Part shown: in pieces, positions 28,031-37,869 of the stretch
Layout of the letters: each line of letters starts with the position of its first letter
How positions within the stretch are numbered: position 1 is the stretch's first letter
Source of the DNA: a virus
Taxonomy: Duplodnaviria; Caudoviricetes
Virus record (IMG/VR): IMGVR_UViG_3300037424_001220
Location: 3,109-67,108 of that record
Length of the DNA stretch: 64,000 nt
Reading direction: 5' to 3' (one strand)
The notes under the pieces: generated by a model
Told to the model about the DNA's origin: nothing
The model's database searches: none
The model's input: the letters and a program-made list of their open reading frames with translations, nothing else
Position numbers and translations under genes: made by a program

Positions 28031-28696
28031 GTGACACCCGGGGACGCGGTGATCTACGACGCCGGGGCCGGCTTTGGTGCGGTGCTGTCAGCCCGGGTAG
28101 ACCATACGGCCCCGATGATTCTCGTACGGTGGCAGAACGGCCTGACGACCTTCCTCCATGCGGGGACGGTGATGCCGGCCGAATCGTTGTTCGTCGAAGA
28201 AAGGAGACGGATCTTGGGTAAGTGGACGGAGATGATGAAGGAGATGCACCCCGAGCAGAAGCCGCTAGACGGCGGGGAGAAGTACCAGGAGAGAGTGAAC
28301 GCGGCCAAGACTGAGTTCTCCGGCCTGGGACCGACGCCCCTCGCGGAGACGTACCTGAAGCTCCGGAACGAGCGGGACGAGATGGAGAAGGTCCGATCGA
28401 AGCTCGACTGTCGCATCGTGGCACTCGAGCAACTGATTACCGACTCCTTCGAGGCTAACGGTCTCGAGATGGTGCGCCTCCAGGGTGGAGGGTCCGTTGC
28501 CACGGAGGTCGAGCCGTATGCCGCCATCGAGGACCCCGTTGCGGTGAGACAGTGGGTCGTAGAGCGTGGACTCGAGTCGAGGCTGACGCTGCCCTGGCAG
28601 ACCCTGAATTCTGAGACGAAGGACATGCTGCTCTCCGAGGGCAAGGTGCCCCCCGGGGTGAAGCTCTTCGTGCGAACGAAGGTGGTGAAGCGGTAA
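28031..28696 (+). CDS. conserved phage protein with coiled coil, upstream of the SSB-like gene
   Basis: Coiled coil plus VPPGVKLF C-terminal motif; start uncertain (27950, 28031 or later). Confidence 0.6.
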   Translation: MTPGDAVIYDAGAGFGAVLSARVDHTAPMILVRWQNGLTTFLHAGTVMPAESLFVEERRRILGKWTEMMKEMHPEQKPLDGGEKYQERVNAAKTEFSGLGPTPLAETYLKLRNERDEMEKVRSKLDCRIVALEQLITDSFEANGLEMVRLQGGGSVATEVEPYAAIEDPVAVRQWVVERGLESRLTLPWQTLNSETKDMLLSEGKVPPGVKLFVRTKVVKR

Positions 28697-28861
28697 GCAC
28701 AACATGAAGTGCGAGTGCGGAGAGCAGCTTCGGGTGGTGGACACCCGGGCTGAGAACAACACGGTTCGTCGAGATCGGCGCTGCTTCACCTGCGGGCTGC
28801 GCTACATAACTGAAGAGACACGCGGGAATCCCGTTCAGAAGACCCCGAGGAGGGTTAGGAC

Positions 28862-29662
28862 ATGGCGACGAAGAAGGAAGTGAAGAAGGCCGTAGTCGAG
28901 GAGACCGCGGTTCAGACAGTCCCGGGTTCGGCGCTGCCGGCCTGGATCGAGCGTGGCGTGAAGGAGACCGGTGCGGAGCACATCCAGCCGGAGGACGTGC
29001 GCATGCCGCGTCTTCTCATCGCCCAGGGGCTCAGCCCCCAGGTGTTGAAGAACGATCCGGCGTTCATCCCGGGCCTCTCCATCGGGGACGCGTTCAACGA
29101 CCTAACGGGTGAGATCTACGGTGACGGCCCCATGACCGTAATCGTCGTGCGAGCGGATCCTCCGCGTTGGGTCGAGTACGATCCGGAGGATCGGAAGAAC
29201 ATCCTCGACCGCAACGTGCCCCACGGTGATCCGCGGACGCAGTGGACGGTCAACGAGGAGACCGGCGAGCGCGAGAAGCCCCGCGCGATGCAGTTCTACG
29301 ACTACGTGGTGATGATCGAGCACGGACCGGACGATGCCCAGGCACCGAACACGCTCGAGCCGGTGGCGTTCTCGTACAAGTCGACCGGCATCAATCACGC
29401 CAAGAGGCTCAACGCCTATCTGCGCCTCCGCCCGGGTGTTCCCATCTACGCGTTCCGCTACGAGCTGAAGCCGGTGCAGATGAAGAACGACCAGGGGACG
29501 TGGTTCCTGTTCGCGGTGCACCCGGCGGGCATCGTCACCGAGGACCAATACAAGGCGGCGAAGGAGATGTTCCAGCAGATCAAGCTGAAGGACATCGCCT
29601 TCGATCGCGGCGTCGTCGACGCGGCGGACCCGGACGCGCCGGACGCCGAGAAGGAGATGTAA
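28862..29662 (+). CDS. putative single-stranded DNA-binding protein
   Basis: DVRMPRLLIAQGLSPQV; aromatic-rich core; acidic C-terminal tail; strong codon bias. Confidence 0.55.
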   Translation: MATKKEVKKAVVEETAVQTVPGSALPAWIERGVKETGAEHIQPEDVRMPRLLIAQGLSPQVLKNDPAFIPGLSIGDAFNDLTGEIYGDGPMTVIVVRADPPRWVEYDPEDRKNILDRNVPHGDPRTQWTVNEETGEREKPRAMQFYDYVVMIEHGPDDAQAPNTLEPVAFSYKSTGINHAKRLNAYLRLRPGVPIYAFRYELKPVQMKNDQGTWFLFAVHPAGIVTEDQYKAAKEMFQQIKLKDIAFDRGVVDAADPDAPDAEKEM

Positions 29663-29871
29663 CAGGAGATCACGGGGGAGGGTGGCGTTGTCATCCCTCA
29701 GATGTGCGGAAGCCCGAGACGTACATCCCCAACCCGTGACGGGTGAATCGCGAGAGAGGCGACCTGGAACTCAGGAGCACGGGAACATGGTCGCTCCCAG
29801 AGGCCCGCTCGCGGGGCGAGGCGAAGAGCGGGAAAGTGGTCGTACTCTGCGCAGTGAGGTGATGTGCGATG

Positions 29872-29941
<70 letters not shown>

Positions 29942-30089
29942 GGAAGTGGGCCTCGCGCGTGGCCGCGACAAGCTCACGAAACAACTAGGACAGCCGATGC
30001 AGAGGGGTTCTCTTGCGGCTTCTCGCACCCGCGACATTACGCCCCCAAGGGGCAGCGCTACGGCGCAAGGCTGAAGCGGAGAAGCCGCG

Positions 30090-30518
30090 TTGAGGTCAAA
30101 ATTGAATCAAGATCCGACTCCGACTCCAACCCGAAAGATGAAAAAGCGTATTGGTCGTAAGCCGGGTGGGTCTGATGTATTGGAGAGGCTTTTAAAGGAG
30201 AGAGGCCAAGCTCCGGATGTGGTCTTTGACGGTAAAGAAGTTCGTCAGTGGACTAGAACCAGTGTCCTCTACGCTTGGGTTCGAAATGGGAAGGTGCTCT
30301 ACATCGGCAAAGGAGGGAACTCCACAGGAATTGGCCGTCCACTAACACGATCGCATCATGTCCTTCCAAGGATTCAAGACAGTGATCAACTTCTCGTTTG
30401 GTTTTTTGAAGATGATTATCACGGTGGGCTCTGTTCGGAAGAAACCCGTCTTATTCGTGAGCTCTGCCCTGTGATGAACAGAACACAGCGAGACCGTGGA
30501 CGGACATACGTATTGTGA
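30090..30518 (+). CDS. GIY-YIG nuclease domain protein
   Basis: VLYAWVRNGKVLYIGKG...R...EETRLIRELCPVMN; lower GC than neighbours; start uncertain. Confidence 0.7.
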   Translation: MRSKLNQDPTPTPTRKMKKRIGRKPGGSDVLERLLKERGQAPDVVFDGKEVRQWTRTSVLYAWVRNGKVLYIGKGGNSTGIGRPLTRSHHVLPRIQDSDQLLVWFFEDDYHGGLCSEETRLIRELCPVMNRTQRDRGRTYVL

Positions 30519-30809
30519 TAAGAGAGGACTGTCAGTGCTGGCTCATCCAGCTCGGCAGGGCAATCCGTCGCCGCGTTCTTGAGGAGCTGACCGATGAAGC
30601 TAGGACATGACTGCACTCTCGCGTGGTGCCCCCGCTGCCAGCGGCTCACCATGGCTACGATCGCACAGGGATGGTCAAGAGGTCTTCTCACTAACGACCG
30701 CTGGACCTGCGAGTGCGGTCTCGTTCTGCTGGACTGGCAGCGCACGCAAGGGGATCCCGTGGTCGTCAAGCCAAGAAAGGAACAGTTGAGGCTGTTCTGA
30801 GAGGTAACA

Positions 30810-31064
30810 ATGAAATACGTTTGGTATATCAACGTCTACACGGATCGTCGGAACCGGCGAACGGAGGTTCTGGTTCGCCTGATGGGGACCGAGAAACCAA
30901 CGCAGACTGAGGGTGTGGTGTCCGCGTTTGCATCTGTGGATCGGGTGGTCGAGGACCGCAAGTTCATCTCGGAAATGGAACTGCTCGCCTCCATGGAACC
31001 GGCACGGCTGGTTGCCTCAACCATCGAAACGATGCTCAACAGCATCGAGGAGATTCGCCCATGA
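30810..31064 (+). CDS. hypothetical protein
   Basis: GAGG site; coupled to the next gene. Confidence 0.55.
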   Translation: MKYVWYINVYTDRRNRRTEVLVRLMGTEKPTQTEGVVSAFASVDRVVEDRKFISEMELLASMEPARLVASTIETMLNSIEEIRP

Positions 31065-31330
31065 ACAAGTACGAGGTGACGCTTCGAGTCTCGACCGGCG
31101 GCAAGAAGCCCCGCGTCGTCACGCGCATCGAGCACGCCGTCCATGCACTCGATGCAGTCATGCAGTCCACCGTCAACCACTCCGGCGACAACGAGAGCGA
31201 GATCATCGAGCGAGTGCTTCACGTGGGGCCGGTCCTGGAGACCGCCCCCGAGGTCTCGACGCTGGCTAAGCTCCTTGGAGCGCAGTTTCAGCGGGACCAT
31301 GGTCTCGTCAACGACGAAGGCAAGTCATGA
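31061..31330 (+). CDS. hypothetical protein
   Basis: GAGGAG site; 89 aa. Confidence 0.55.
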   Translation: MNKYEVTLRVSTGGKKPRVVTRIEHAVHALDAVMQSTVNHSGDNESEIIERVLHVGPVLETAPEVSTLAKLLGAQFQRDHGLVNDEGKS

Positions 31331-31657
31331 GCGACGAGGACGCAGGAAGGCCCCGTGAGAGCGAGACAACGCAGGAGGGGCTGAAGGGACACACCGACAC
31401 CCGTTTCCCTCACGCTGACTGCTGCCCGCTCTGTGGAACAAGACGCACGGCCCTGCGCGACAGCGACCCGGCCGAACAGCACCGCGAGGAGAAGCCATGA
31501 GCAACGAGGACAAGCGGGTGAACGGACCATGCTCTAAGTGTGGGCATCTGAGAGTAAAGCATCAGCACGGTAAATGCGACGACTCTTCAACAAAGAACGG
31601 AGTATTCCACTGGCGGCCATGCTCATGCGCTAAGTGGGTGAAGTCAAAGGTGAAGCG

Positions 31658-32350
31658 ATGATCGAAGATCAGCAGGACAAGCGGCTGGAGGAGATGGCGC
31701 GGGAGTTCCTACATCGGCAATCCCGTGCAGCCGTTGGTTGCAGTGACCAACCCATCCTCATTGACCTGCTGCGCCAAGTCCAGCGCGAGGAGCGGGAGCG
31801 GCTGAGGAGCCTGACGCGCGAAGCCGCTGATGCCCTAGAGCGGTGCTCTACCCAGAGGCAAGCCGCTGAGGCCCGGCTCCGCGAGGTCGAGGTGGACCGC
31901 GACGAGCAGCACACGCAGTTGCTGCTCGTGAAAGCGGACAAGCTGCTTGCCGAAGCCAAGCTGGAGAAGGTCGAGGCGGCGCTGCGGGGTGATGGTGTCG
32001 TGAACTGGCAGGCCGACGGGCTAGTCCTGCCCTGCGGACGGTGCGGTGCGGTCGTCCCGTTCGGTTTCACGGTCCGAGACGAAGCGTGGAAGGAGCGAGT
32101 GCCCGAGGAGTGGAGGCTCGGTGTTCTGTGCCTGCCCTGCCTCGACTCGTGCGCGGCCCTTCCCTTGCGACTCGAAGACATCCAGGTCGTCTACTTCACC
32201 GGACGGGCGGGCACCATTCCGCTCATCCCGGCCCTACGCGACACCGCCCCGGCCGCGCAGCTCCTCGTAAAGGAAATCCTCCACGTCAAACCCCCAACAT
32301 GGCGTGATCGCCTTGAGAAGTTCAAGGTGGTCCTAAGGAAGCGATCATGA
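31658..32350 (+). CDS. hypothetical protein (coiled coil plus Zn finger)
   Basis: Coiled coil, then CGRC...CLPC; start uncertain. Confidence 0.5.
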   Translation: MIEDQQDKRLEEMAREFLHRQSRAAVGCSDQPILIDLLRQVQREERERLRSLTREAADALERCSTQRQAAEARLREVEVDRDEQHTQLLLVKADKLLAEAKLEKVEAALRGDGVVNWQADGLVLPCGRCGAVVPFGFTVRDEAWKERVPEEWRLGVLCLPCLDSCAALPLRLEDIQVVYFTGRAGTIPLIPALRDTAPAAQLLVKEILHVKPPTWRDRLEKFKVVLRKRS

Positions 32351-32764
32351 TCATCAGTCGATGCATAGGCGACGAACGCACCTGCGACGTGTGCGCGGCA
32401 CTGGACGGGTACGCTGATCCATTACCGCCGCACCAAGGCTGCAAGAACCCGGACGGGTGCCGGTGTCTGTCCTCGGATGAGATGCTCGTAACGGTCCCCG
32501 AGCTGCGCAACATTGGCATCGAGATCGACCTCACCCCGCTCGACATGTTAGTCAAGAACCTCCAGGACAAGGGCGAGGTGACCTTCGACGCTCAGTACGA
32601 CGACACTGACGCACGTCTCAAGGTCGGCGACCACGTCAAGATCACCACCGCGGGCTGGAACGTCGAGGCTATCGTAGACAGCATCACCATCACCCCGGTC
32701 GTCGACGGCGAGGAAGACCAGGTCGAGGCAACCATGCGCCCGATCTCCATGAAGGAAGAGACCC

Positions 32765-33655
32765 ATGAACAGCGACCTGGACAAGACACTGACAGCGATG
32801 AAGGAGCGAAGCTGGACGGTGATCCTTCTCGAGCCGGGAACCAAACGCCCCCAAGCCGGTCGCACCTGGGCAGAGTGCAGCACCCGGAGCGTGGCCGCCG
32901 CGAGGACGCACCTGCGCAGGGGAGGAGGCATAGGACTCGACGTCGCGGCTAGCGGCATCACCGTTCTCGACTTCGACGAGCCCGGTGCGCTCGGCGAGAT
33001 GGCGACCGAGCTAGGTTTCATCGTCCCCCCGGCCGTAACCTCCCCCTCCGGGGGCTGGCACGTCTACGTCGCGGCCGTAAAGGGTATGCCCGCCGTGATC
33101 GAGTGGAGAGGCCGGCGCGTGGGGGAGGTGATCCGCGGTCCGCGCCAGCACGTCGTTCTGCCGCCGTCGCCGTACCCCGGCAGCGAGAAGCGCGGTGTGC
33201 CCCCTGGTGGATACTACACATGGACCGGGGGCATAGACCCGATACAGCCTCCGTACGAGCTCCCCCCTGACTGGAAGCGGTACCTGCTGAACACGCTCCC
33301 GGATTGGATCGTGCCCACGCAGGACCACGGTCAGCCGAAGGCGGAGGAATGGGAGGGTCCCAGCCCGGAGGAGCTTCTCGCCAAGGCAGCGCAACAACCC
33401 TACGCGAAGCGCCGGGCTATGGGAATCAAGTTCCAGTGCCCGCGATGCGCCGCTGACGGACATGATCGGCACCGCGACAACGCGGTCGTGTTCAACAACG
33501 GTCGTTGGGCTTGCGCGTACGCACCGGGGGACCAGGACCACAAGAACGCCATCGGTCTGCTCCTAGGGTTCCAGCACGGCGTGAGCGAGGAGTTTGCAAA
33601 TCAACAGATAAGCGACGATGTGGCCCGTGAGATTCGCCAAAGGCTCGGGCTATGA
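32765..33655 (+). CDS. bifunctional DNA primase/polymerase (Prim-Pol) with C-terminal Zn finger
   Basis: GIGL...VLDFD, TSPSGGWHVY, HVVLPPS; CPRC...H...C. Confidence 0.85.
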   Translation: MNSDLDKTLTAMKERSWTVILLEPGTKRPQAGRTWAECSTRSVAAARTHLRRGGGIGLDVAASGITVLDFDEPGALGEMATELGFIVPPAVTSPSGGWHVYVAAVKGMPAVIEWRGRRVGEVIRGPRQHVVLPPSPYPGSEKRGVPPGGYYTWTGGIDPIQPPYELPPDWKRYLLNTLPDWIVPTQDHGQPKAEEWEGPSPEELLAKAAQQPYAKRRAMGIKFQCPRCAADGHDRHRDNAVVFNNGRWACAYAPGDQDHKNAIGLLLGFQHGVSEEFANQQISDDVAREIRQRLGL

Positions 33656-33896
33656 GACTTCACGTGCGTCTTCCGCGCAGCAGAAGGACGACGATGGTCT
33701 ACGTGAGGTCAACGCGGTCGTGTAGAAAAGGAGAGATAAGACTCACGTTCTCGGAGTCACTGGACGAGCTCGTGAGGTGTCCCCTCTTTCAGGCATATGA
33801 GTATGTGCTGGAGGCTTTCTTCAGTTTCTCTGGAAGGGAGTTCCGCGGCTACGTCACCAGACTCACCAAAGACTATCTTCAGATCAGGCTATCACG

Positions 33897-35087
33897 ATGA
33901 GCAACGACCCGATCGAAGTCAAGATCAAGAAGGCGATCGTTGACGAGAAGATCAGGCGGGCCGCGAAGGATCAGGTCGACAAGGACCGTCCCAAACCCCA
34001 ACTCATCATTCGAAAGGCGTCCGACGTCCCCGACGAACCCCTGGTCACGTACTTTGGTGGGCGTCTCACCAGCGGTGCCTTCCAACTCATGGTGGGACCG
34101 GGGGAGGCCGGCAAGGGAATGGGAAGCGTTGACGTAGTGGCGCGCCTTACGTTGGGGGAGTGCTTCCCCGATGAGCCGGGCAAGGGCCGCCCCCCGATGA
34201 ACGTGATGGTCTGTGTGACGGAGGACGCCGCATCCCGGGTCAAGGCGCGACTACGCGCAGCCGGAGCGGATCTGGAACGGGTGTTCTTCGTCGACGGACC
34301 TCCTCAGTCTAGGGGCGGACTCATAGTCCCGTCACCGATCGCGTTCGACGAGGACGCCGGCGTTCTCGTGGAGCGTGCTCGGGACCTGAAGATAGGGGCG
34401 CTGTTCCTCGAGACCACGGTCGAGCATCTTGGCGACCGCAACGGACACAGACAGCCAAGCACGAACAACGAGAACGAGGTTCGTCGCGCCTTAAGCCCGG
34501 TGATCGCCGCGTGCCGAGAAGTGAATCTGATCGGGTGGGGTGTCATGCACCCTAGAAAGTCAATGGACGGTGGAATAGAGGACTCGATCAGCGGCTCGGC
34601 GGGCTTTCGTAACGTGGCAAGAACGGCCCTGCACGTCTACCCCGATCCGACAGATGAGAGCGATGAGCGGTGGCGTCTTCTTCTCTGCTCCAAGTCTAAC
34701 TACCTTGCACGTAGACCACCGACATTGCGGTTTCGCATCGAGCCGTGGGATCAGAACCCCGCGGAGGGGCGCGTCGTGTGGGGAATACCGGGGCGTACGC
34801 TGGTGGACCCACGCTCGGCGGAAGAGATCTGGTCCGACATGGAGGCCAAGCGCTCCAAGAAGGATCGACGAGATCACGCCGTCGTGGAGGCCGAGGAGTT
34901 CCTTCGAACGCTATTCCAGGAGGGCCAGAAGCTCAAGGCTGCCGACGTAAGGAAAGCCGCGACAGAGGCTGGCATAGCGTGGCGCGCGATCGAGCGCGCG
35001 AAGAGTAAGATGAAGGTGAAGAGCGTTCGCGGTGAGTATCAGGGTCCTTTCCTCTGGGAGTTCTTGGAGGAGAAGGAGGACATGTGA
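33897..35087 (+). CDS. RepA-like AAA+ replicative helicase with C-terminal HTH
   Basis: Walker A GPGEAGKG; VCVTED; VMHPRK...SGSAGF..VAR; KSNY. Confidence 0.85.
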   Translation: MSNDPIEVKIKKAIVDEKIRRAAKDQVDKDRPKPQLIIRKASDVPDEPLVTYFGGRLTSGAFQLMVGPGEAGKGMGSVDVVARLTLGECFPDEPGKGRPPMNVMVCVTEDAASRVKARLRAAGADLERVFFVDGPPQSRGGLIVPSPIAFDEDAGVLVERARDLKIGALFLETTVEHLGDRNGHRQPSTNNENEVRRALSPVIAACREVNLIGWGVMHPRKSMDGGIEDSISGSAGFRNVARTALHVYPDPTDESDERWRLLLCSKSNYLARRPPTLRFRIEPWDQNPAEGRVVWGIPGRTLVDPRSAEEIWSDMEAKRSKKDRRDHAVVEAEEFLRTLFQEGQKLKAADVRKAATEAGIAWRAIERAKSKMKVKSVRGEYQGPFLWEFLEEKEDM

Positions 35088-35410
35088 CCCCAAGCGAGCG
35101 TAAGAAGGAGCTGGAGCGTATCAGCATGATGCAGATCCACGAGGACGCTCAGGCACGGCGATTTCTTCTAGCCATCCTCAAGGCAGCAGAACACTCTGGA
35201 GCGCGACGTTCACTGATACGACAGCTCGCTCTGGAAGCGAACATCTACTGGCGCAACATCGAGAGAGCCAGGAAACAAATGAACGTTTTCTCTGACGGAT
35301 GGCTCTCGAAACAGGAGCCGAAGATTCGGTGGTGGGCTCGCGAGTATGCCCCTCCCGAGATCGTTGAGCGTGTCACCCAGGTGCGCCTCCGCCGACGGCC
35401 CGGCGCCTAG
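35084..35410 (+). CDS. small HTH protein resembling the helicase C-terminal domain
   Basis: ANIYWRNIERARKQM versus helicase AGIAWRAIERAKSKM. Confidence 0.55.
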   Translation: MTPSERKKELERISMMQIHEDAQARRFLLAILKAAEHSGARRSLIRQLALEANIYWRNIERARKQMNVFSDGWLSKQEPKIRWWAREYAPPEIVERVTQVRLRRRPGA

Positions 35411-35443
35411 GTCCAGCATCGGGGCACCCTCGGCCGGGGGTCG

Positions 35444-35680
35444 GGTGTCATTGGCGGTCATAGGCGAATTCCCTTATTCTGCCTACCTTTTTGCGAATTT
35501 GGGGTGTTGGACCTAGGCAGAATGGGGGAATTCGAGGAGGTGCCCGGGGCGTTTTTCATAGAATTCCCTTATTCTAGCCTATGACCGCCAAAGGAATTCA
35601 AGGAAAGCCCAATAAATACCCAATGGCCGCCAATGACACCGCGAATTTCAGTATAGGGGAGGTTGGCGGTCATAGGCGAA
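35444..35680. repeat. cluster of direct and inverted repeats, candidate replication origin
   Basis: TTGGCGGTCATAGGCGAA at 35451 and 35663, with an inverted copy of its first 14 nt at 35578; GAATTCCCTTATTCT at 35466 and 35561; GGTGTCATTGGCGG at 35444 inverted at 35627. Confidence 0.6.
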
Positions 35681-35702
35681 ACGGCTTTACCCGGGCACCC
35701 CG

Positions 35703-36164
35703 ATGCCGCATCATTACGTCGTGGACGAGAATCGCAAACTCGAAGAGAGATCAAGAGTAATCCCTGATCCCAGGATGGGCGGAGGACTGCGACATGTCGG
35801 CCGCGCTCCTGGAGTGCTGAACAAGAAGACCAGGGCAGCGAATGCGATCCTTCAGGCTGGAGCGGAGGAGGTCGCGAGGAAGGTTCTCGATACCGCGACC
35901 AATGACTTTCGCGTTGTTCGTCGAAACGACGGTACGGTCATCGAGCAGCGGTGTCCTCTCTGTGGAGTAGGAGGCCAGCTTCGCGACGAGGAGATCCAGC
36001 TCAAGGCTCGTCTCGGTCTTCTTGATCGGACCGGAAACGGCCCATCGTCGAAGGTGGAGGTCAGCGAGGCTCCCGATGAATCGTGGATGGACTACGCGAC
36101 CGATGAGGAGCTGACTCAGTTTCTTGCAATTGCGGAAGCAGCACGAGCAAGGATGCCTGAGTGA
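35703..36164 (+). CDS. probable terminase small subunit
   Basis: GRAPGVLNKKT motif; directly upstream of and coupled to TerL. Confidence 0.6.
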   Translation: MPHHYVVDENRKLEERSRVIPDPRMGGGLRHVGRAPGVLNKKTRAANAILQAGAEEVARKVLDTATNDFRVVRRNDGTVIEQRCPLCGVGGQLRDEEIQLKARLGLLDRTGNGPSSKVEVSEAPDESWMDYATDEELTQFLAIAEAARARMPE

Positions 36165-37543
36165 GCACGGCCGTTACCACGCGGCCCAGCGGGAATGATG
36201 CTAAGGGTCGTATTGTCCTGGCTCGTAACCTTGCTTCCCGCGCTCCTATCCATCTCCTGAACCTGTTCCCGGAGTTCTCTGCTCCAACCTGGGCGGGATG
36301 GAGGGCCATTCTCGAGAAGCTTACACCACTTGTTCGCGAGTTCTACGCGATCTGCGGTCGCGGTGCTGGCAAGTCCCGGATCATGGCCATCATCGCCGTG
36401 TGCTTTGCCATCCGGCGCTACGACCGTGCCCCGGGTGAGCGCATCTACGTAGGAGTCTTCGCACCGGACCGCAAGCAAGCCCGGGTAGTGTTCCGCTACG
36501 TCCTGGGACTGTTTCACAGGAGTGCCTTGCTCAAGGGTCTCGTCGAGAGCGAGACCCGCGAGAGCGTCGACCTCACCAATGGGGTCACCATCGAGGTGAT
36601 CACGGCCTCAGCCAACGCTCCTCGCAGCCGATCCTACGCGCTCGCCATTATCGACGAGGCTGCGTTCCTACCCCAGGAGGAGTCGGCTAACCCCGATGTG
36701 GAGTTGGTGCGGGCTGTGCGTCCTGCCCTGGCCCGGGTGCGTGGCAGCATGCTTGCGGTCGTGGGCAGCCCTTACGCGCAGCGTGGGGTCCTCTGGGAGG
36801 CATGGCAACGCTACAAGGACAGTATGCCTGAGGACGTGGTGCTGGTCAAGGCCGCGACCACTGAGCTCAATCCGTCCTTCGACGTGCGTGCCATCGACAA
36901 GGCACGTGAGGAAGATCCGATCGCGGCGGCGACGGAGTACGACGCTGAGTTCCGCAGCGATGTGGAGGGCTACGTTAGCCTTGAGGTCATTCTGGCTTGC
37001 GTGGATAAGGGTGTCGCGGAGCGTGCCCCGAACCCGAGCACGGACTACTTTGCCTTCGTCGATCCTGCCGGTGGTAGCGGAACGGACAGCATGACGTTGG
37101 CCATCGCGCATAAGATGGAGGGCTTCATGGTCCTCGATGCCTTGCGCGAGATTCGTCCGCCGTTCTCACCGGAGCACACGGCAAAGGAGTTCGCTACGGT
37201 GCTGAAGTCTTATCACCTGGACAGCGTCACGGGTGACCGCTACGGTGGCGACTGGCCCAAGGAGGCGTTCTCGAGGCAGGACATCACGTACGAGCCTAGT
37301 GAGAAGAGTAAGTCGGAGCTCTACGTCGATGCGCTGGCTTTCCTCAACAGCCGTCGCATCAGGCTGCTTGAGCATGCGCGTCTTCAGACGCAGATCTCGG
37401 GGCTTGAGCGTCGGAGCGCGCGTGGTGGACGCGACAGCATCGATCACGGCCCGGGTGGACATGACGACTTGGCCAACGTGGCACTAGGTGTTGCGGCTAC
37501 GTTCCTCGATGAGTATGACTGGAACGGAGGTCTGGTGCTGTGA
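36161..37543 (+). CDS. terL: terminase large subunit
   Basis: Walker A GRGAGKS; Walker B IIDEAAF; nuclease FVDPAGG..D; HDDLAN. Confidence 0.92.
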   Translation: MSTAVTTRPSGNDAKGRIVLARNLASRAPIHLLNLFPEFSAPTWAGWRAILEKLTPLVREFYAICGRGAGKSRIMAIIAVCFAIRRYDRAPGERIYVGVFAPDRKQARVVFRYVLGLFHRSALLKGLVESETRESVDLTNGVTIEVITASANAPRSRSYALAIIDEAAFLPQEESANPDVELVRAVRPALARVRGSMLAVVGSPYAQRGVLWEAWQRYKDSMPEDVVLVKAATTELNPSFDVRAIDKAREEDPIAAATEYDAEFRSDVEGYVSLEVILACVDKGVAERAPNPSTDYFAFVDPAGGSGTDSMTLAIAHKMEGFMVLDALREIRPPFSPEHTAKEFATVLKSYHLDSVTGDRYGGDWPKEAFSRQDITYEPSEKSKSELYVDALAFLNSRRIRLLEHARLQTQISGLERRSARGGRDSIDHGPGGHDDLANVALGVAATFLDEYDWNGGLVL

Positions 37544-37869
37544 TGCGATGCCCCCGACGTGATGAGATCGGTCAGCGAGAGGTCGGCGTAGACAGCTGGC
37601 GCGATGACCAGACCTGCTCGTACTGCGGGAGCTTCAAGCCCGAAGACTTCATGGCGCATCTCGAAGCGGGCGACATCCGCATTGGTGCCACCGACAAGAG
37701 TTACAAGGTCTACGTTCACGGCCTCGGGCGCTTCGCGAAGTTCTACTTCCAGCACCTCGACGCTGGACAGCGCACCCGGTTCATCGAGTTGATGAATGGC
37801 AAGGACCTGAAGTTCGAGGGTGACATTGGCTTCTACGTGTTGCCCTTCTTCGTGGAGAGAAAAGCGTGA
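37540..37869 (+). CDS. conserved hypothetical protein between TerL and portal
   Basis: TCSYCGS, TDKSYKVYV, KFYFQHL; coupled on both sides. Confidence 0.6.
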   Translation: MMRCPRRDEIGQREVGVDSWRDDQTCSYCGSFKPEDFMAHLEAGDIRIGATDKSYKVYVHGLGRFAKFYFQHLDAGQRTRFIELMNGKDLKFEGDIGFYVLPFFVERKA

